This document shows, piece by piece, positions 8,931 to 17,737 of a stretch of DNA of 48,415 nt (its first letter is position 1; each line of letters begins with the position of its first letter). Source of the stretch: Acidobacteriota bacterium (GTDB taxonomy: Bacteria; Acidobacteriota; Terriglobia; Bryobacterales; Bryobacteraceae). Made by a program: the position numbers and the translations under genes. The stretch spans positions 1-48,415 of the forward strand of contig JAKAJI010000001.1 of NCBI GenBank assembly GCA_021813825.1, written 5' to 3'. The notes below the pieces were generated by a model. The model searched no databases. It was not told the origin of the DNA and was given only the letters and a program-made list of their open reading frames with translations.

Positions 8931-10757
8931 TTACTCCCGGGTGGTGATTTCGACGCCACCGAGCACACCGCGCTGGGGCATGACGACGCCGGGGATGTCG
9001 TAGTAGACGGTGTCGGTCAGGTTGGTGAGCTGGAGGAAGGGGCGGACGCGGCCGCGGGCCCAGGCCACACTGGCGTCCCAGACGGCGTAGGCGTAGCTGT
9101 CGTAGCGCTCGAGGACGCCGATACGGGTGCGGGCGACGAGCCAGTCGCTCAGGGTTCCGCGCCAGGCGACGACGCCGCTGTGCACGGGGTAGTTAAAAAC
9201 GTATTTGGAAACGAAGAGCGGGTTGGCGGCTTTGTTGCCCGCGAGGCCGGTGTACTCGAAGTCGAGGGTCTGGGAGGGGAGCGGCTGCCACTCCAGTTGC
9301 GCTTCGCCGCCGGTGAAGACGATGCGGTCGAAGTTGGTGGCTTGGAAGAAATTGGCGTTGACGGCGCGGACGTAGTCGATCAGGTTCGAGTCGCGCCGCT
9401 CGAAGACGCCGAGGGTGGCGCGGAGGTTGCGGCCAGGGTGGATGTCGAGGCCGGCTTCATAGTTCCAGTCGCTTTCGGGCTTCAGGTTGGGGTTGCCGTG
9501 GTTGGCGGGGTCGAAGTAGTAGAGGTCCGTGTAGCTGGGAAGGCGGAAGCCGCGGCTGACGGAGGCGCGGAGCTTGAAAACGGGTGTGAGGAAGTAGCCT
9601 GCGCTGACGGTGGGGTCGAGCTGGGTGTTGTAGGCGTCGTAAACGTCGGTGCGGAGGCCGGCGTTGAAGGAGAAGCGGTGGAACGAGGGCAGATCCCAGC
9701 CGGCGTATGCGCCGCCGTAGACGCGGGAATGGATGCCGAGGTTGTTGCTGTCGATGGCGTCGGAAAACATTTCCGCCCCGTAATGGATTTGCGAATTTCC
9801 GGGCAGGTCGTCGGTGCGGCGGAGGTCTCCTTCCCAGCTATCGACGATGTGGCGGTTGGTGTAGATCTGCGGGTCGTCGCGGAAGAGGACGAAGAGGTCG
9901 GTCTGGCGGCGGTAGGTGAGGTCGGCTTCGGTGTTTTTGCCGAGTTCCTGGCGGACGCTGGCGAACCATTCTTTGGTGCGCTCCCAGGAGGGGAAGTTGC
10001 CGTAGAACTGATCGGCGCCGAAGGGGCGGTCGCTTCCGGCGAGGAGGATGTCGGTGGCGCCGAGGCTGGTGCGGATGTGGGTGAGGGAGGCGAGGGAGAG
10101 GAGGCGGTAGTCGCGGTCCGGCATGAAGCCGCTGGAAAAATCGCGCGAGAAGGAGACTTCTTCCGCGATGCGGCCCCAGACGCCACCGAGCGAGCCGTCT
10201 TCTTCGTTGCGGCCGAAGTTGCCGAGGGCGGAGCGGAGGGTGATTTCGGGCGACGTAGGAGGCTCGGCGATGAGGTTGACGACGCCGGTCATGGCATCGG
10301 GGCCGTACTGCGAGGAACCGGAGCCTTGGAGGACCTGGATCTGGCTGAGAGCGTCGAGGGGAACGGGGAGGTCCATGTTGTTGTGGGCGGTTTGGGCGTC
10401 GTTCAGGCGGATGCCATTCAGAAGGACCAGCGATTGCGCGAATGTGCCGCCGCGGATGGAGAGGTCGGCGGAAACGCCGGCGGGGGCGCGTTCCTGGAGG
10501 TCGACGGAGGAGTCGAGTTTGAGGAAGTCGGCGTAGGAGTTGTAGAGCAGACCGCCGTCCTGGCGTACGTCGAAGACCTGGACGGTGCGGTTGACCTCGT
10601 CGAGTGGAGCGGGTTCGAACGTACCGGTGACCACCACCTTCTCGTAGAGCGATTTTTTTTCACTAGACGGCGGCGCGGATGCGGGCGACGGCGGGGGATT
10701 CTGCTGCGCGAGGGCAGAGGTAGCGGCGAACAAAATTGCGAAACTGACTCTTTTCAT
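8931..10757 (-). CDS. TonB-dependent outer-membrane receptor (about 600 aa, BtuB-sized)
   Basis: Signal peptide MKRVSFAILFAATSALAQ. Plug-domain motifs (VVVTGT TonB-box-like, IRGG, NGIRLND). Beta-barrel-like alternating sequence. I prefer ATG 10757. Confidence 0.85.
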   Translation of the reverse strand: MKRVSFAILFAATSALAQQNPPPSPASAPPSSEKKSLYEKVVVTGTFEPAPLDEVNRTVQVFDVRQDGGLLYNSYADFLKLDSSVDLQERAPAGVSADLSIRGGTFAQSLVLLNGIRLNDAQTAHNNMDLPVPLDALSQIQVLQGSGSSQYGPDAMTGVVNLIAEPPTSPEITLRSALGNFGRNEEDGSLGGVWGRIAEEVSFSRDFSSGFMPDRDYRLLSLASLTHIRTSLGATDILLAGSDRPFGADQFYGNFPSWERTKEWFASVRQELGKNTEADLTYRRQTDLFVLFRDDPQIYTNRHIVDSWEGDLRRTDDLPGNSQIHYGAEMFSDAIDSNNLGIHSRVYGGAYAGWDLPSFHRFSFNAGLRTDVYDAYNTQLDPTVSAGYFLTPVFKLRASVSRGFRLPSYTDLYYFDPANHGNPNLKPESDWNYEAGLDIHPGRNLRATLGVFERRDSNLIDYVRAVNANFFQATNFDRIVFTGGEAQLEWQPLPSQTLDFEYTGLAGNKAANPLFVSKYVFNYPVHSGVVAWRGTLSDWLVARTRIGVLERYDSYAYAVWDASVAWARGRVRPFLQLTNLTDTVYYDIPGVVMPQRGVLGGVEITTRE

Positions 10758-10973
10758 CCTGGACAATTTGGTGTAAAAACAAAAACAGGTAGTATTGGTT
10801 TTAGGATTTCCTGTGAACGGCGTGGACAGACCGTTGATTCAAGTGGAGATACACACCGCCCCCCACGCGCGTGTTTTGCACAGAGATTGTCACAGGGTAA
10901 CCCGAAGTGCGGACAGAGTCCATTTCGCCCTTGTTCGCCCCCCGTTCCTCCCGTTAAGGTAATACGGTTAGCG

Positions 10974-12341
10974 ATGATCTCACGAGACCTCATCAGCGAG
11001 AAGGGACTTCCGGCAAACGTCGATGCGGAACGGTTCGTGCTTGGCGCGATTCTGCTGGAAGATTCGCAGTTCGTGCAGGTGGCCGGGGCGCTGGAGGCCA
11101 ATGATTTCAGCATCGAGAAGCATCGAAAGATTTTCCTGCGGATGTTGGATCTGCACGACCGGGGCGAATCGATCGACCGCATCACGCTGACGAACGAACT
11201 GATCCGGCAGAACCAGCTTGAGCAGGTGGATGGGCTCAACTACATCGTCTCGCTCGACGACGGGCTTCCGAAGATCGTCAACCTGGAGAGCTATGTCCGC
11301 ATTGTGAAGGAGAAGGCGGTGCTGCGGGACCTGATCGCGGCGTCGCAGCGGACGATCAACCAGTGCCTGCTGGGGACCGACGAGCCGGCCGAGATACTGG
11401 CGGAGGCCGAGGAGAGCCTCCTGCGGCTCGGTGAGGCGGGCACGAAGAACGAGCTTCTCAGCCCGAGCCAGATTCTCGAGCAGTTCGACGGCGGCATCAA
11501 CAGTTTTCTCGACCCGAGCAAACGGGTGAAAGGACTGGGCACGCCATTCAGCCGCTTCAACGAGATGACGGGCGGGCTGCACAAGGGCGAGTTGTTCATT
11601 CTGGCGGCGCGTCCTTCGATGGGCAAAACGGCTCTTGCGCTCAACATCGCGCAGCACGTGGCGTGCCAGCAGGAGAAGACCGTTGCGGTGTTTTCGCTGG
11701 AAATGTCTAAAGAGTCGCTGCTGACGCGCATGCTGTGCGCCGGGGCGTATGTGGACCAGCAGCGGTTCCGGGCCGGGTACCTGAACCAGGACGAGCGCAT
11801 GAAGTTGAGCGCCACGGCTTCGGAGATGATGCGGGCGCCGCTGTACATCGACGACACCTCCGGCACGAACCTGATGGACATTCACTCGAAGCTGCGCCGG
11901 TTGAAGAGCCAGCAAGGGCTGGACCTGGTGATCCTGGACTATTTGCAGTTGATGAACGGCGGGGGCAAGCGGTATGAGAACCGGAACCAGGAAGTGAGCG
12001 CGCTGTCGCGGGGCCTGAAGCTGCTGGCGAAGGAACTGGATGTGCCGATTGTGGTGCTTTCGCAGTTGAGCCGCGCGCCCGAAACGCGGCAGGGTGACCA
12101 CCGGCCGCAGATGAGCGATCTTCGGGAATCGGGCTCGATCGAGCAGGACGCCGATTTGGTGGGTTTCATCTTCCGTGAGGAAGTGTACAAGCCGGACCGG
12201 GAGGACCTGAAGGGCGTGGCGGAACTGATTATTGCCAAGCAGCGCAACGGCCCGATCGGCCGTGTGAAGCTGGTGTTTCTGCGCGAGAGCACGCGCTTTG
12301 TCGACGCCGCGGACGGCGGCGCGGGCGACGACGGCGAGTAG
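10974..12341 (+). CDS. dnaB: Replicative DNA helicase DnaB
   Basis: N-terminal [13 protein letters not shown]. Walker [14 protein letters not shown]. Walker [11 protein letters not shown]. Also SQLSR and [11 protein letters not shown] motifs. The 9180 ORF-track start is an antisense read-through artefact. Confidence 0.95.
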   Translation: MISRDLISEKGLPANVDAERFVLGAILLEDSQFVQVAGALEANDFSIEKHRKIFLRMLDLHDRGESIDRITLTNELIRQNQLEQVDGLNYIVSLDDGLPKIVNLESYVRIVKEKAVLRDLIAASQRTINQCLLGTDEPAEILAEAEESLLRLGEAGTKNELLSPSQILEQFDGGINSFLDPSKRVKGLGTPFSRFNEMTGGLHKGELFILAARPSMGKTALALNIAQHVACQQEKTVAVFSLEMSKESLLTRMLCAGAYVDQQRFRAGYLNQDERMKLSATASEMMRAPLYIDDTSGTNLMDIHSKLRRLKSQQGLDLVILDYLQLMNGGGKRYENRNQEVSALSRGLKLLAKELDVPIVVLSQLSRAPETRQGDHRPQMSDLRESGSIEQDADLVGFIFREEVYKPDREDLKGVAELIIAKQRNGPIGRVKLVFLRESTRFVDAADGGAGDDGE

Positions 12342-12388
12342 CCGCTTTCCTTGACTCCGTTCTCACTGTGTCCTACCTTGAAGGTTCT

Positions 12389-13327
12389 ATGAGGAAGAAA
12401 GTGACGGTTGTGGGCGCCGGCAATGTCGGCGCGTCGTGCGCGTTGCGCATTGCGGATAAGGAACTGGCGGACGTCGTGCTGGTGGACGTGGCCGAAGGGG
12501 TTCCACAGGGCAAGGGTCTTGACCTGCTGCAGTCGGGGCCGGTCGAAGGGTACAACTCAAGCGTCATCGGCGCGAACGACTACGCGCCGACGGCGGGCTC
12601 GGACGTCGTGGTGATCACGGCGGGCCTGGCGCGGAAACCGGGCATGAGCCGGGACGATCTGCTGATGGCCAATTATGAGGTGGTGAAGTCGGTCACCAAG
12701 CAGGTGGCGGCGCATTCGCCGAACGCGATTCTGGTGCTGGTAACCAATCCGCTCGATGCGATGTGCTGGACGGCAATGCAGGTTTCGGGCTTTCCGAAGA
12801 ACCGCGTGATCGGCATGGCGGGCGTGCTGGATACGGCGCGTTTCCGGACGTTCATCGCGGCGGAACTGAACGTGGCGCCGGCGAGCGTGACGGCGATGGT
12901 GCTGGGCGGGCACGGCGACACGATGGTGCCGCTGGTCCGGCTGAGCAGCGTGGCGGGCATCCCGCTGACGGAACTTCTCGACAAGACGACGCTGGACGGC
13001 CTGGTGAACCGGGCGCGCAATGGCGGCGCGGAGATTGTGAAGCTTCTCAAGACGGGGAGCGCGTACTATGCTCCGGCGTCCGCGGCAGTAGAGATGGTGC
13101 AGTCGATCCTGCTCGATCAGAAGAAGGTGCTGCCGTGCTCGGCGTATCTGGAAGGCGAATACGGTCTGAAGGGTATGTTCGTGGGCGTGCCGGTGAAACT
13201 GGGCTCGCAGGGCATCGAGAAGATTTACGAGCTTCGTCTGGAGGAAGACGAGAAGGCCGCGCTGGCCAAGAGCGCCGGCGCCGTCACCGAACTGATCGAA
13301 ATTCTTCAGCAGAAGGCGGGGAACTGA
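12389..13327 (+). CDS. mdh: Malate dehydrogenase (LDH-like MDH family)
   Basis: [13 protein letters not shown] Rossmann motif, [16 protein letters not shown] and GGHGDTMVP motifs. GAAGG lies 5 nt upstream of ATG 12389. 312 aa. Confidence 0.95.
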   Translation: MRKKVTVVGAGNVGASCALRIADKELADVVLVDVAEGVPQGKGLDLLQSGPVEGYNSSVIGANDYAPTAGSDVVVITAGLARKPGMSRDDLLMANYEVVKSVTKQVAAHSPNAILVLVTNPLDAMCWTAMQVSGFPKNRVIGMAGVLDTARFRTFIAAELNVAPASVTAMVLGGHGDTMVPLVRLSSVAGIPLTELLDKTTLDGLVNRARNGGAEIVKLLKTGSAYYAPASAAVEMVQSILLDQKKVLPCSAYLEGEYGLKGMFVGVPVKLGSQGIEKIYELRLEEDEKAALAKSAGAVTELIEILQQKAGN

Positions 13328-13349
13328 GCCCGCCGGCGATCGCTTGGGT

Positions 13350-13811
13350 ATGACCGGAAACGCAACGGCCATGGCGCAGGCGACGCCGCGGATCGACCCG
13401 GAATTCGCCGTCTTTAAGCTGGTGGTGAAGCCTTCGAAGATTCACCGCTGGGGTGTGTTCGCCGGTGAGGACATTCCGGGGCGGCGGAAAGTGATTGAGT
13501 ACACGGGCGAACGCATCTCGCGGCGCGAGACGAAGAAGCGCTGCGAGCGGCCGTTGAATTACATATTCACGCTGGACTCCTACTGGGCGCTCGACGGCTC
13601 AGTAGGAGGCAGCGGGGCCGAGTTCATCAATCATTCGTGCGAGCCGAACATCGAGGCGCGTATTGTCAAGGGCCACATTCTGTACTTCAGCCTGCGCGAG
13701 ATCCGCAAAGGGGAAGAACTCACCGTCGACTACCATTTCGACAAGAAGGTGGAGAAGGTGCCGTGCTCGTGCGGCGCCCGGCGCTGCCGCGGAACGATTA
13801 ATCTAACTTAG
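13350..13811 (+). CDS. SET-domain protein-lysine methyltransferase with post-SET cysteine cluster
   Basis: RWGVFA (GxG-type), FINHSCEPN (13629-13640 encodes NHSC), ELTVDY, and post-SET CSCGARRC (13764-13787). The start is uncertain (13344, 13350 or 13371). Confidence 0.85.
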   Translation: MTGNATAMAQATPRIDPEFAVFKLVVKPSKIHRWGVFAGEDIPGRRKVIEYTGERISRRETKKRCERPLNYIFTLDSYWALDGSVGGSGAEFINHSCEPNIEARIVKGHILYFSLREIRKGEELTVDYHFDKKVEKVPCSCGARRCRGTINLT

Positions 13812-13874
13812 AGCAAGCTCCGCGCCGGCCGGGTGGCGGGTTCGAATTCCCGGCGGCGGAAAGGAACCCGAGCC

Positions 13875-15164
13875 ATGTTGAGCCATCCACCTACCCCCGT
13901 TGCGCCGGGCGGAGGCCACGCACTGACCGCCGGCGAAATTCCGCGCGCCATCGGCGCCGTTCTCGACGCGACGAAATTCATCGACATGCACACGCACTTG
14001 TTCGAGCCGTCGCTGGGCGAGCTGGGACTGTGGGGAATCGATGAGCTGCTGACGTATCACTATCTGGAAGCCGAGCTGTTTCGATCGAGCTCCGTTTCAC
14101 CGGGCGCGTACTTTGCGCTGAATAAGCGCGAGCAGGCGGACCTGATCTGGCGGACGCTGTTTGTGGAGAACACGCCAGTATCGGAGGCGACGCGCGGGGT
14201 GGTGGCGGTGCTGGACGCTTTCGGCCTGCCGGTGCGCACTGCGGCGCTCGGCGAGGCGCGAGCGTTCTTCGCCTCGCGCGGCCTGGATGAGCATATCGAC
14301 GACGTGTTCCGCCTGGCAGGGATTGACCGCGCGGTGATGACCAACGATCCGCTCGACCCCGCCGAGAGCCCGCTGTGGGAGCGTGGCGCGGGCGGCGATC
14401 CGCGATTTCAGGCGGTGCTGCGGCTGGACCGCGTGCTGAACAAGTGGCCGTCGCATTGGCGCGAACTGGTTTCGCGAGGATACAAGGTGGCGGAGGACCT
14501 GAGCGGCGGGACGGTGGAGGAGGTGCGGCGGTTTCTCGATGACTGGACCGCGCGGATGAAGCCGGTTTACATGGCCGTTTCCCTGCCCCACACGTTCGCG
14601 TTTCCCGAGGACAGCGTGCGCGGGCGCCTGCTGCGGGACGCGGTGCTGCCGGCGTGCCGGGAGGCGGGGATTCCGCTGTCGCTGATGATTGGCGTGCGCT
14701 ATCAGGTGAACCCCGCGATTCGCCTGGCCGGGGACGCGGTGGGCGTCGCAGACCTCGGAGCGTTGGAACGGCTGTGCCACGACTTTCCGTCGAACCGCTT
14801 CCTGTGCTCGGTGTTGAGCCGCGAGAACCAGCATGAGCTTTGCGTTTACGCGCGGAAGTTTTCGAACCTGATGCCATTCGGCTGCTGGTGGTTTCTGAAC
14901 AATCCGTCGATCGTCGAAGAGATCACGGCCGAGCGAGTGGAGATGCTGGGGGCGAGTTTCATTCCGCAGCACTCGGATGCGCGCGTTCTCGAGCAGGTGA
15001 TTTACAAGTGGCGCAACACGCGCCGGACGCTGAATCCTGTGTTGGCGCGGTCCTACTCGGCGCTGGCCGGAGACGGATGGCCGTTGACCCGCGAGGACAT
15101 CGAACGCGACGTCACGCGAATGTTCCGGACGAATTTCGAACGCTTTAGCGGACTGCAGGCGTGA
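13875..15164 (+). CDS. uxaC: Uronate (glucuronate/galacturonate) isomerase, divergent Bh0493-type amidohydrolase-fold enzyme
   Basis: FIDMHTHLF...GIDELLTYHYL...KREQADLIW...MTNDP...FGCWWFLNNP...IPQHSDARVLEQ. This closely resembles my recollection of the Bacillus halodurans Bh0493 family. GGAAAGGAA precedes ATG 13875. Confidence 0.7.
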   Translation: MLSHPPTPVAPGGGHALTAGEIPRAIGAVLDATKFIDMHTHLFEPSLGELGLWGIDELLTYHYLEAELFRSSSVSPGAYFALNKREQADLIWRTLFVENTPVSEATRGVVAVLDAFGLPVRTAALGEARAFFASRGLDEHIDDVFRLAGIDRAVMTNDPLDPAESPLWERGAGGDPRFQAVLRLDRVLNKWPSHWRELVSRGYKVAEDLSGGTVEEVRRFLDDWTARMKPVYMAVSLPHTFAFPEDSVRGRLLRDAVLPACREAGIPLSLMIGVRYQVNPAIRLAGDAVGVADLGALERLCHDFPSNRFLCSVLSRENQHELCVYARKFSNLMPFGCWWFLNNPSIVEEITAERVEMLGASFIPQHSDARVLEQVIYKWRNTRRTLNPVLARSYSALAGDGWPLTREDIERDVTRMFRTNFERFSGLQA

Positions 15165-16408
15165 ACGCGAAAGCCGCAGCCCGCCGGCGATGGTTTCTCT
15201 GCGGCCTGCTGTTCTTTGCGACGACGGTCAACTACATGGACCGTCAGGTGCTCGGCCTGCTGAAGCCGGTCATTGGGGCGGAACTGCACTGGACGGAGGC
15301 CGACTACGGTTGGATCGTCTTCTGCTTTCAGCTTGCTTACGCGGTGATGATGCCGGTGGCGGGCCGCGTGGTGGACTGGTTGGGCACGCGGATCGGCTAC
15401 GCACTGGCGGTGGCCGTGTGGAGCGCGGCAGCGATGTCCCACGCGCTGGCGCGCTCGACCGTGCAGTTTGCGGCGGCACGTTTCGGGCTTGGGCTTGGCG
15501 AGTCGGGAAATTTCCCGTCGGCGGTGAAGGCGGTGGCGGATTGGTTTCCGCCGAAGGACCGCGCGTTTGCCACCGGCGTGTTCAATAGCGGGTCGAATCT
15601 CGGTGCGATCCTAGCGCCGCTCACGGTGCCAGCGCTGGCGGCGCATTTCGGCTGGCGGGCCGGGTTTCTGGGCACGGGGGCTCTGGAGGTGATCTGGCTG
15701 ATCCTGTGGCTCTCCTGGTATCGGCATCCGAGCGCGGAAGAGCGGCCGTGGGTCGATGCGAAGGCGGCTGAGGCTCCGGCGCCGGGTTACGCCAAGGTGA
15801 TCGCGACGCGGCCGGCGTGGGCGTTCCTGCTGGGCAAGTTCCTGACGGACCCGGTGTGGTGGTTCTACCTGTTCTGGCTGCCGGCGTTTTTAAGCGCGCG
15901 CTACGGGCTGCGACTGACTTCGCTCGGCCCGCCGCTGGTGGCGGTGTATCTGGCGGCCGATGTCGGGTCGGTGTTGGGCGGATGGCTTCCGGCGAGATTG
16001 ATGGCTCGGGGTTGGAAGCTGAACCGGGCGCGCAAGACCGCGCTGTTGGTGTGCGCGTGCGCGACGCTGCCGGTGACGGGCGTGATGGCGGCGGGACCGA
16101 GGATGTGGCTGAGCGTGGCGTTGATCGCGCTGGCGGCGGCCGGGCATCAGGGGTGGTCGGCGAACTTGTATACGCTTGTTTCCGACACGGCGCCGGCGCG
16201 CGCGGTGGGTTCGATTGTCGGGCTGGGCGGATTGGGAGGCGCGGTGGGCGGGATGCTTGCGGCGCCGGCGATCGGGGCGTGGCTCGATTTTTCTCACCAT
16301 TTTTATGGGCCGTTGTTCGTGATTGCGGGATCGGCGTATCTGATCGCGCTGGGTGTGATTCAGTCCCTTGTGCCCCGCCTGCCGGATCAAGTTAGAGTCG
16401 AAGCATGA
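15161..16408 (+). CDS. exuT: MFS (anion:cation symporter family) hexuronate transporter-like
   Basis: GTGA start/stop overlap with uxaC. The stretch GRVVDWLGTRIGYA...DWFPPKDRAFATGVFNSGSNLGAILAP...WYRHP parallels E. coli ExuT. Confidence 0.75.
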   Translation: MNAKAAARRRWFLCGLLFFATTVNYMDRQVLGLLKPVIGAELHWTEADYGWIVFCFQLAYAVMMPVAGRVVDWLGTRIGYALAVAVWSAAAMSHALARSTVQFAAARFGLGLGESGNFPSAVKAVADWFPPKDRAFATGVFNSGSNLGAILAPLTVPALAAHFGWRAGFLGTGALEVIWLILWLSWYRHPSAEERPWVDAKAAEAPAPGYAKVIATRPAWAFLLGKFLTDPVWWFYLFWLPAFLSARYGLRLTSLGPPLVAVYLAADVGSVLGGWLPARLMARGWKLNRARKTALLVCACATLPVTGVMAAGPRMWLSVALIALAAAGHQGWSANLYTLVSDTAPARAVGSIVGLGGLGGAVGGMLAAPAIGAWLDFSHHFYGPLFVIAGSAYLIALGVIQSLVPRLPDQVRVEA

Positions 16409-17736
16409 GACTCGTTGTGTTGGTTTTGGGCGCCTGTCTGCTCTTCGTGCCGTTGCGCGGGCAGAATCTGGAGGCGGTCGTCCGGCCGCAGATTGCGGGC
16501 CTGGTCGCCACCTACGAGGACCTGCACCGGCATCCGGAGCTTTCGCACCACGAGGAAAAGACGTCGGCGTTTCTGGCGGGCGAACTGCGGCGCGCCGGTT
16601 ACGAGGTGACAGAACACGTTGGCAAGTACCCGGATGGCGGCGCCGCTTACGGCATCGTCGCGGTGATGCACAACGGCAGCGGGCCGACGCTGCTGATTCG
16701 CACGGACATGGATGCGCTGCCGGTTACCGAGAAGACCGGGTTGCCGTACGCCAGCACGGTACGAGCCGTCGGAGAACACGGGCAGGAAGTTGGCGTGATG
16801 CACGCCTGCGGCCACGATATTCACATGACGGTGATGCTGGGGGTGGCGCGGTCGCTTGCGCAGTTGAAGAACAATTGGCACGGCACTCTGCTGCTCATTG
16901 GGCAGCCTGCGGAAGAGCGCATCGACGGCGCCCGGGCGATGCTGGCCGATCATCTCTACGAGCGCTTCGGCCGGCCGAATTACGCCATTGCTTTGCACGA
17001 CGATTCCGAGTTAGCCGCAGGCACAGTGGGTGTTGTTTCCGGACCGTTGCTGGCGAGTTCCACGTCGGTTGACGTGCTAATTCGCGGGGTCGGCGGGCAC
17101 GGCGCGCACCCCGATGCGACGAAGGATCCGATCGTGGCTGCGGCGCAGTACATTCTCGCTATCCAGACCATCGTCAGCCGGCAGAATTCGCCGCTCGACC
17201 CGGCCGTAGTTACCGTAGGTGACATTCACGGTGGCTCAAAGCGAAATATAATTCCCGACGAAGTCAAACTGGAACTGACGGTGCGCGCTTATAGCGAACA
17301 AGTGAGAGAGAACATTCTTTCGGACCTTTCGCGCACGGCTCGGGGCATTGCGCTCGCCGCCGGGATCCCGGAAGAACGCTCGCCGATCGTGAAGGTGATT
17401 GATGGCGAGAGCGTGCCGGCAACTTACAATGACCCCGTTCTGGCCGCGCGGCTGCGTCCGGTATTCGCGCGGTGGATCGGACAGGAGAACGTGCTAAGCC
17501 CGCGTCCCGGCATGGGCAGCGAGGACTTTGGGCTGTTCGGGCTGGACAACCACGAGATTCCGATTTTCATGCTGCGGCTGGGCGCGGTGGCGCCGGAGAA
17601 GGTGGCCGAGAGCCGCCGCACCGGACGGCCGCTGCCGTCGCTTCACTCTTCTCTGTTCGCTCCGCTGCCGGAGCCGACGATCCGGACCGGGGTGCTGACG
17701 ATGACCGCGGCGGCGTTGAACTTACTCCACCCGTAA
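16405..17736 (+). CDS. Secreted M20D-family amidohydrolase (aminoacylase/hippurate hydrolase-like)
   Basis: ATGA overlap with exuT. Signal peptide MRLVVLVLGACLLFVPLRGQ. Motifs MHACGHDIH, GQPAEE and GGHGAHP. Confidence 0.85.
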   Translation: MRLVVLVLGACLLFVPLRGQNLEAVVRPQIAGLVATYEDLHRHPELSHHEEKTSAFLAGELRRAGYEVTEHVGKYPDGGAAYGIVAVMHNGSGPTLLIRTDMDALPVTEKTGLPYASTVRAVGEHGQEVGVMHACGHDIHMTVMLGVARSLAQLKNNWHGTLLLIGQPAEERIDGARAMLADHLYERFGRPNYAIALHDDSELAAGTVGVVSGPLLASSTSVDVLIRGVGGHGAHPDATKDPIVAAAQYILAIQTIVSRQNSPLDPAVVTVGDIHGGSKRNIIPDEVKLELTVRAYSEQVRENILSDLSRTARGIALAAGIPEERSPIVKVIDGESVPATYNDPVLAARLRPVFARWIGQENVLSPRPGMGSEDFGLFGLDNHEIPIFMLRLGAVAPEKVAESRRTGRPLPSLHSSLFAPLPEPTIRTGVLTMTAAALNLLHP

Positions 17737-17737
17737 G

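Noticed and set aside
9180-12341. 1053-aa plus-strand ORF, the longest in the region
   Set aside because: Its first roughly 600 codons are the antisense frame of the TonB-dependent receptor gene. They translate to low-complexity G/A/V/E-rich sequence and run by chance through the intergenic region into dnaB. Only the part from ATG 10974 is recognisable as DnaB.
12351-12379. Sigma-70-like TTGACT-N17-TACCTT upstream of mdh
   Set aside because: The -10 hexamer is a weak match, and the predicted TSS would fall within or just upstream of the ribosome-binding site (GAAGG 12380-12384). Promoter consensus for this phylum is uncertain, so this is not reported as a feature.
13838-13852. GGGTTCGAATTCCCG, which resembles a tRNA T-arm/T-loop and could mark a tRNA gene or an integration-site remnant
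   Set aside because: With TTCGAAT as the loop, the flanking five bases (GCGGG / TCCCG) do not pair as a T stem. No acceptor, D or anticodon arms can be drawn from the flanks, which are the end of the SET gene and the ribosome-binding site of uxaC. No integrase or direct repeat partner is nearby.
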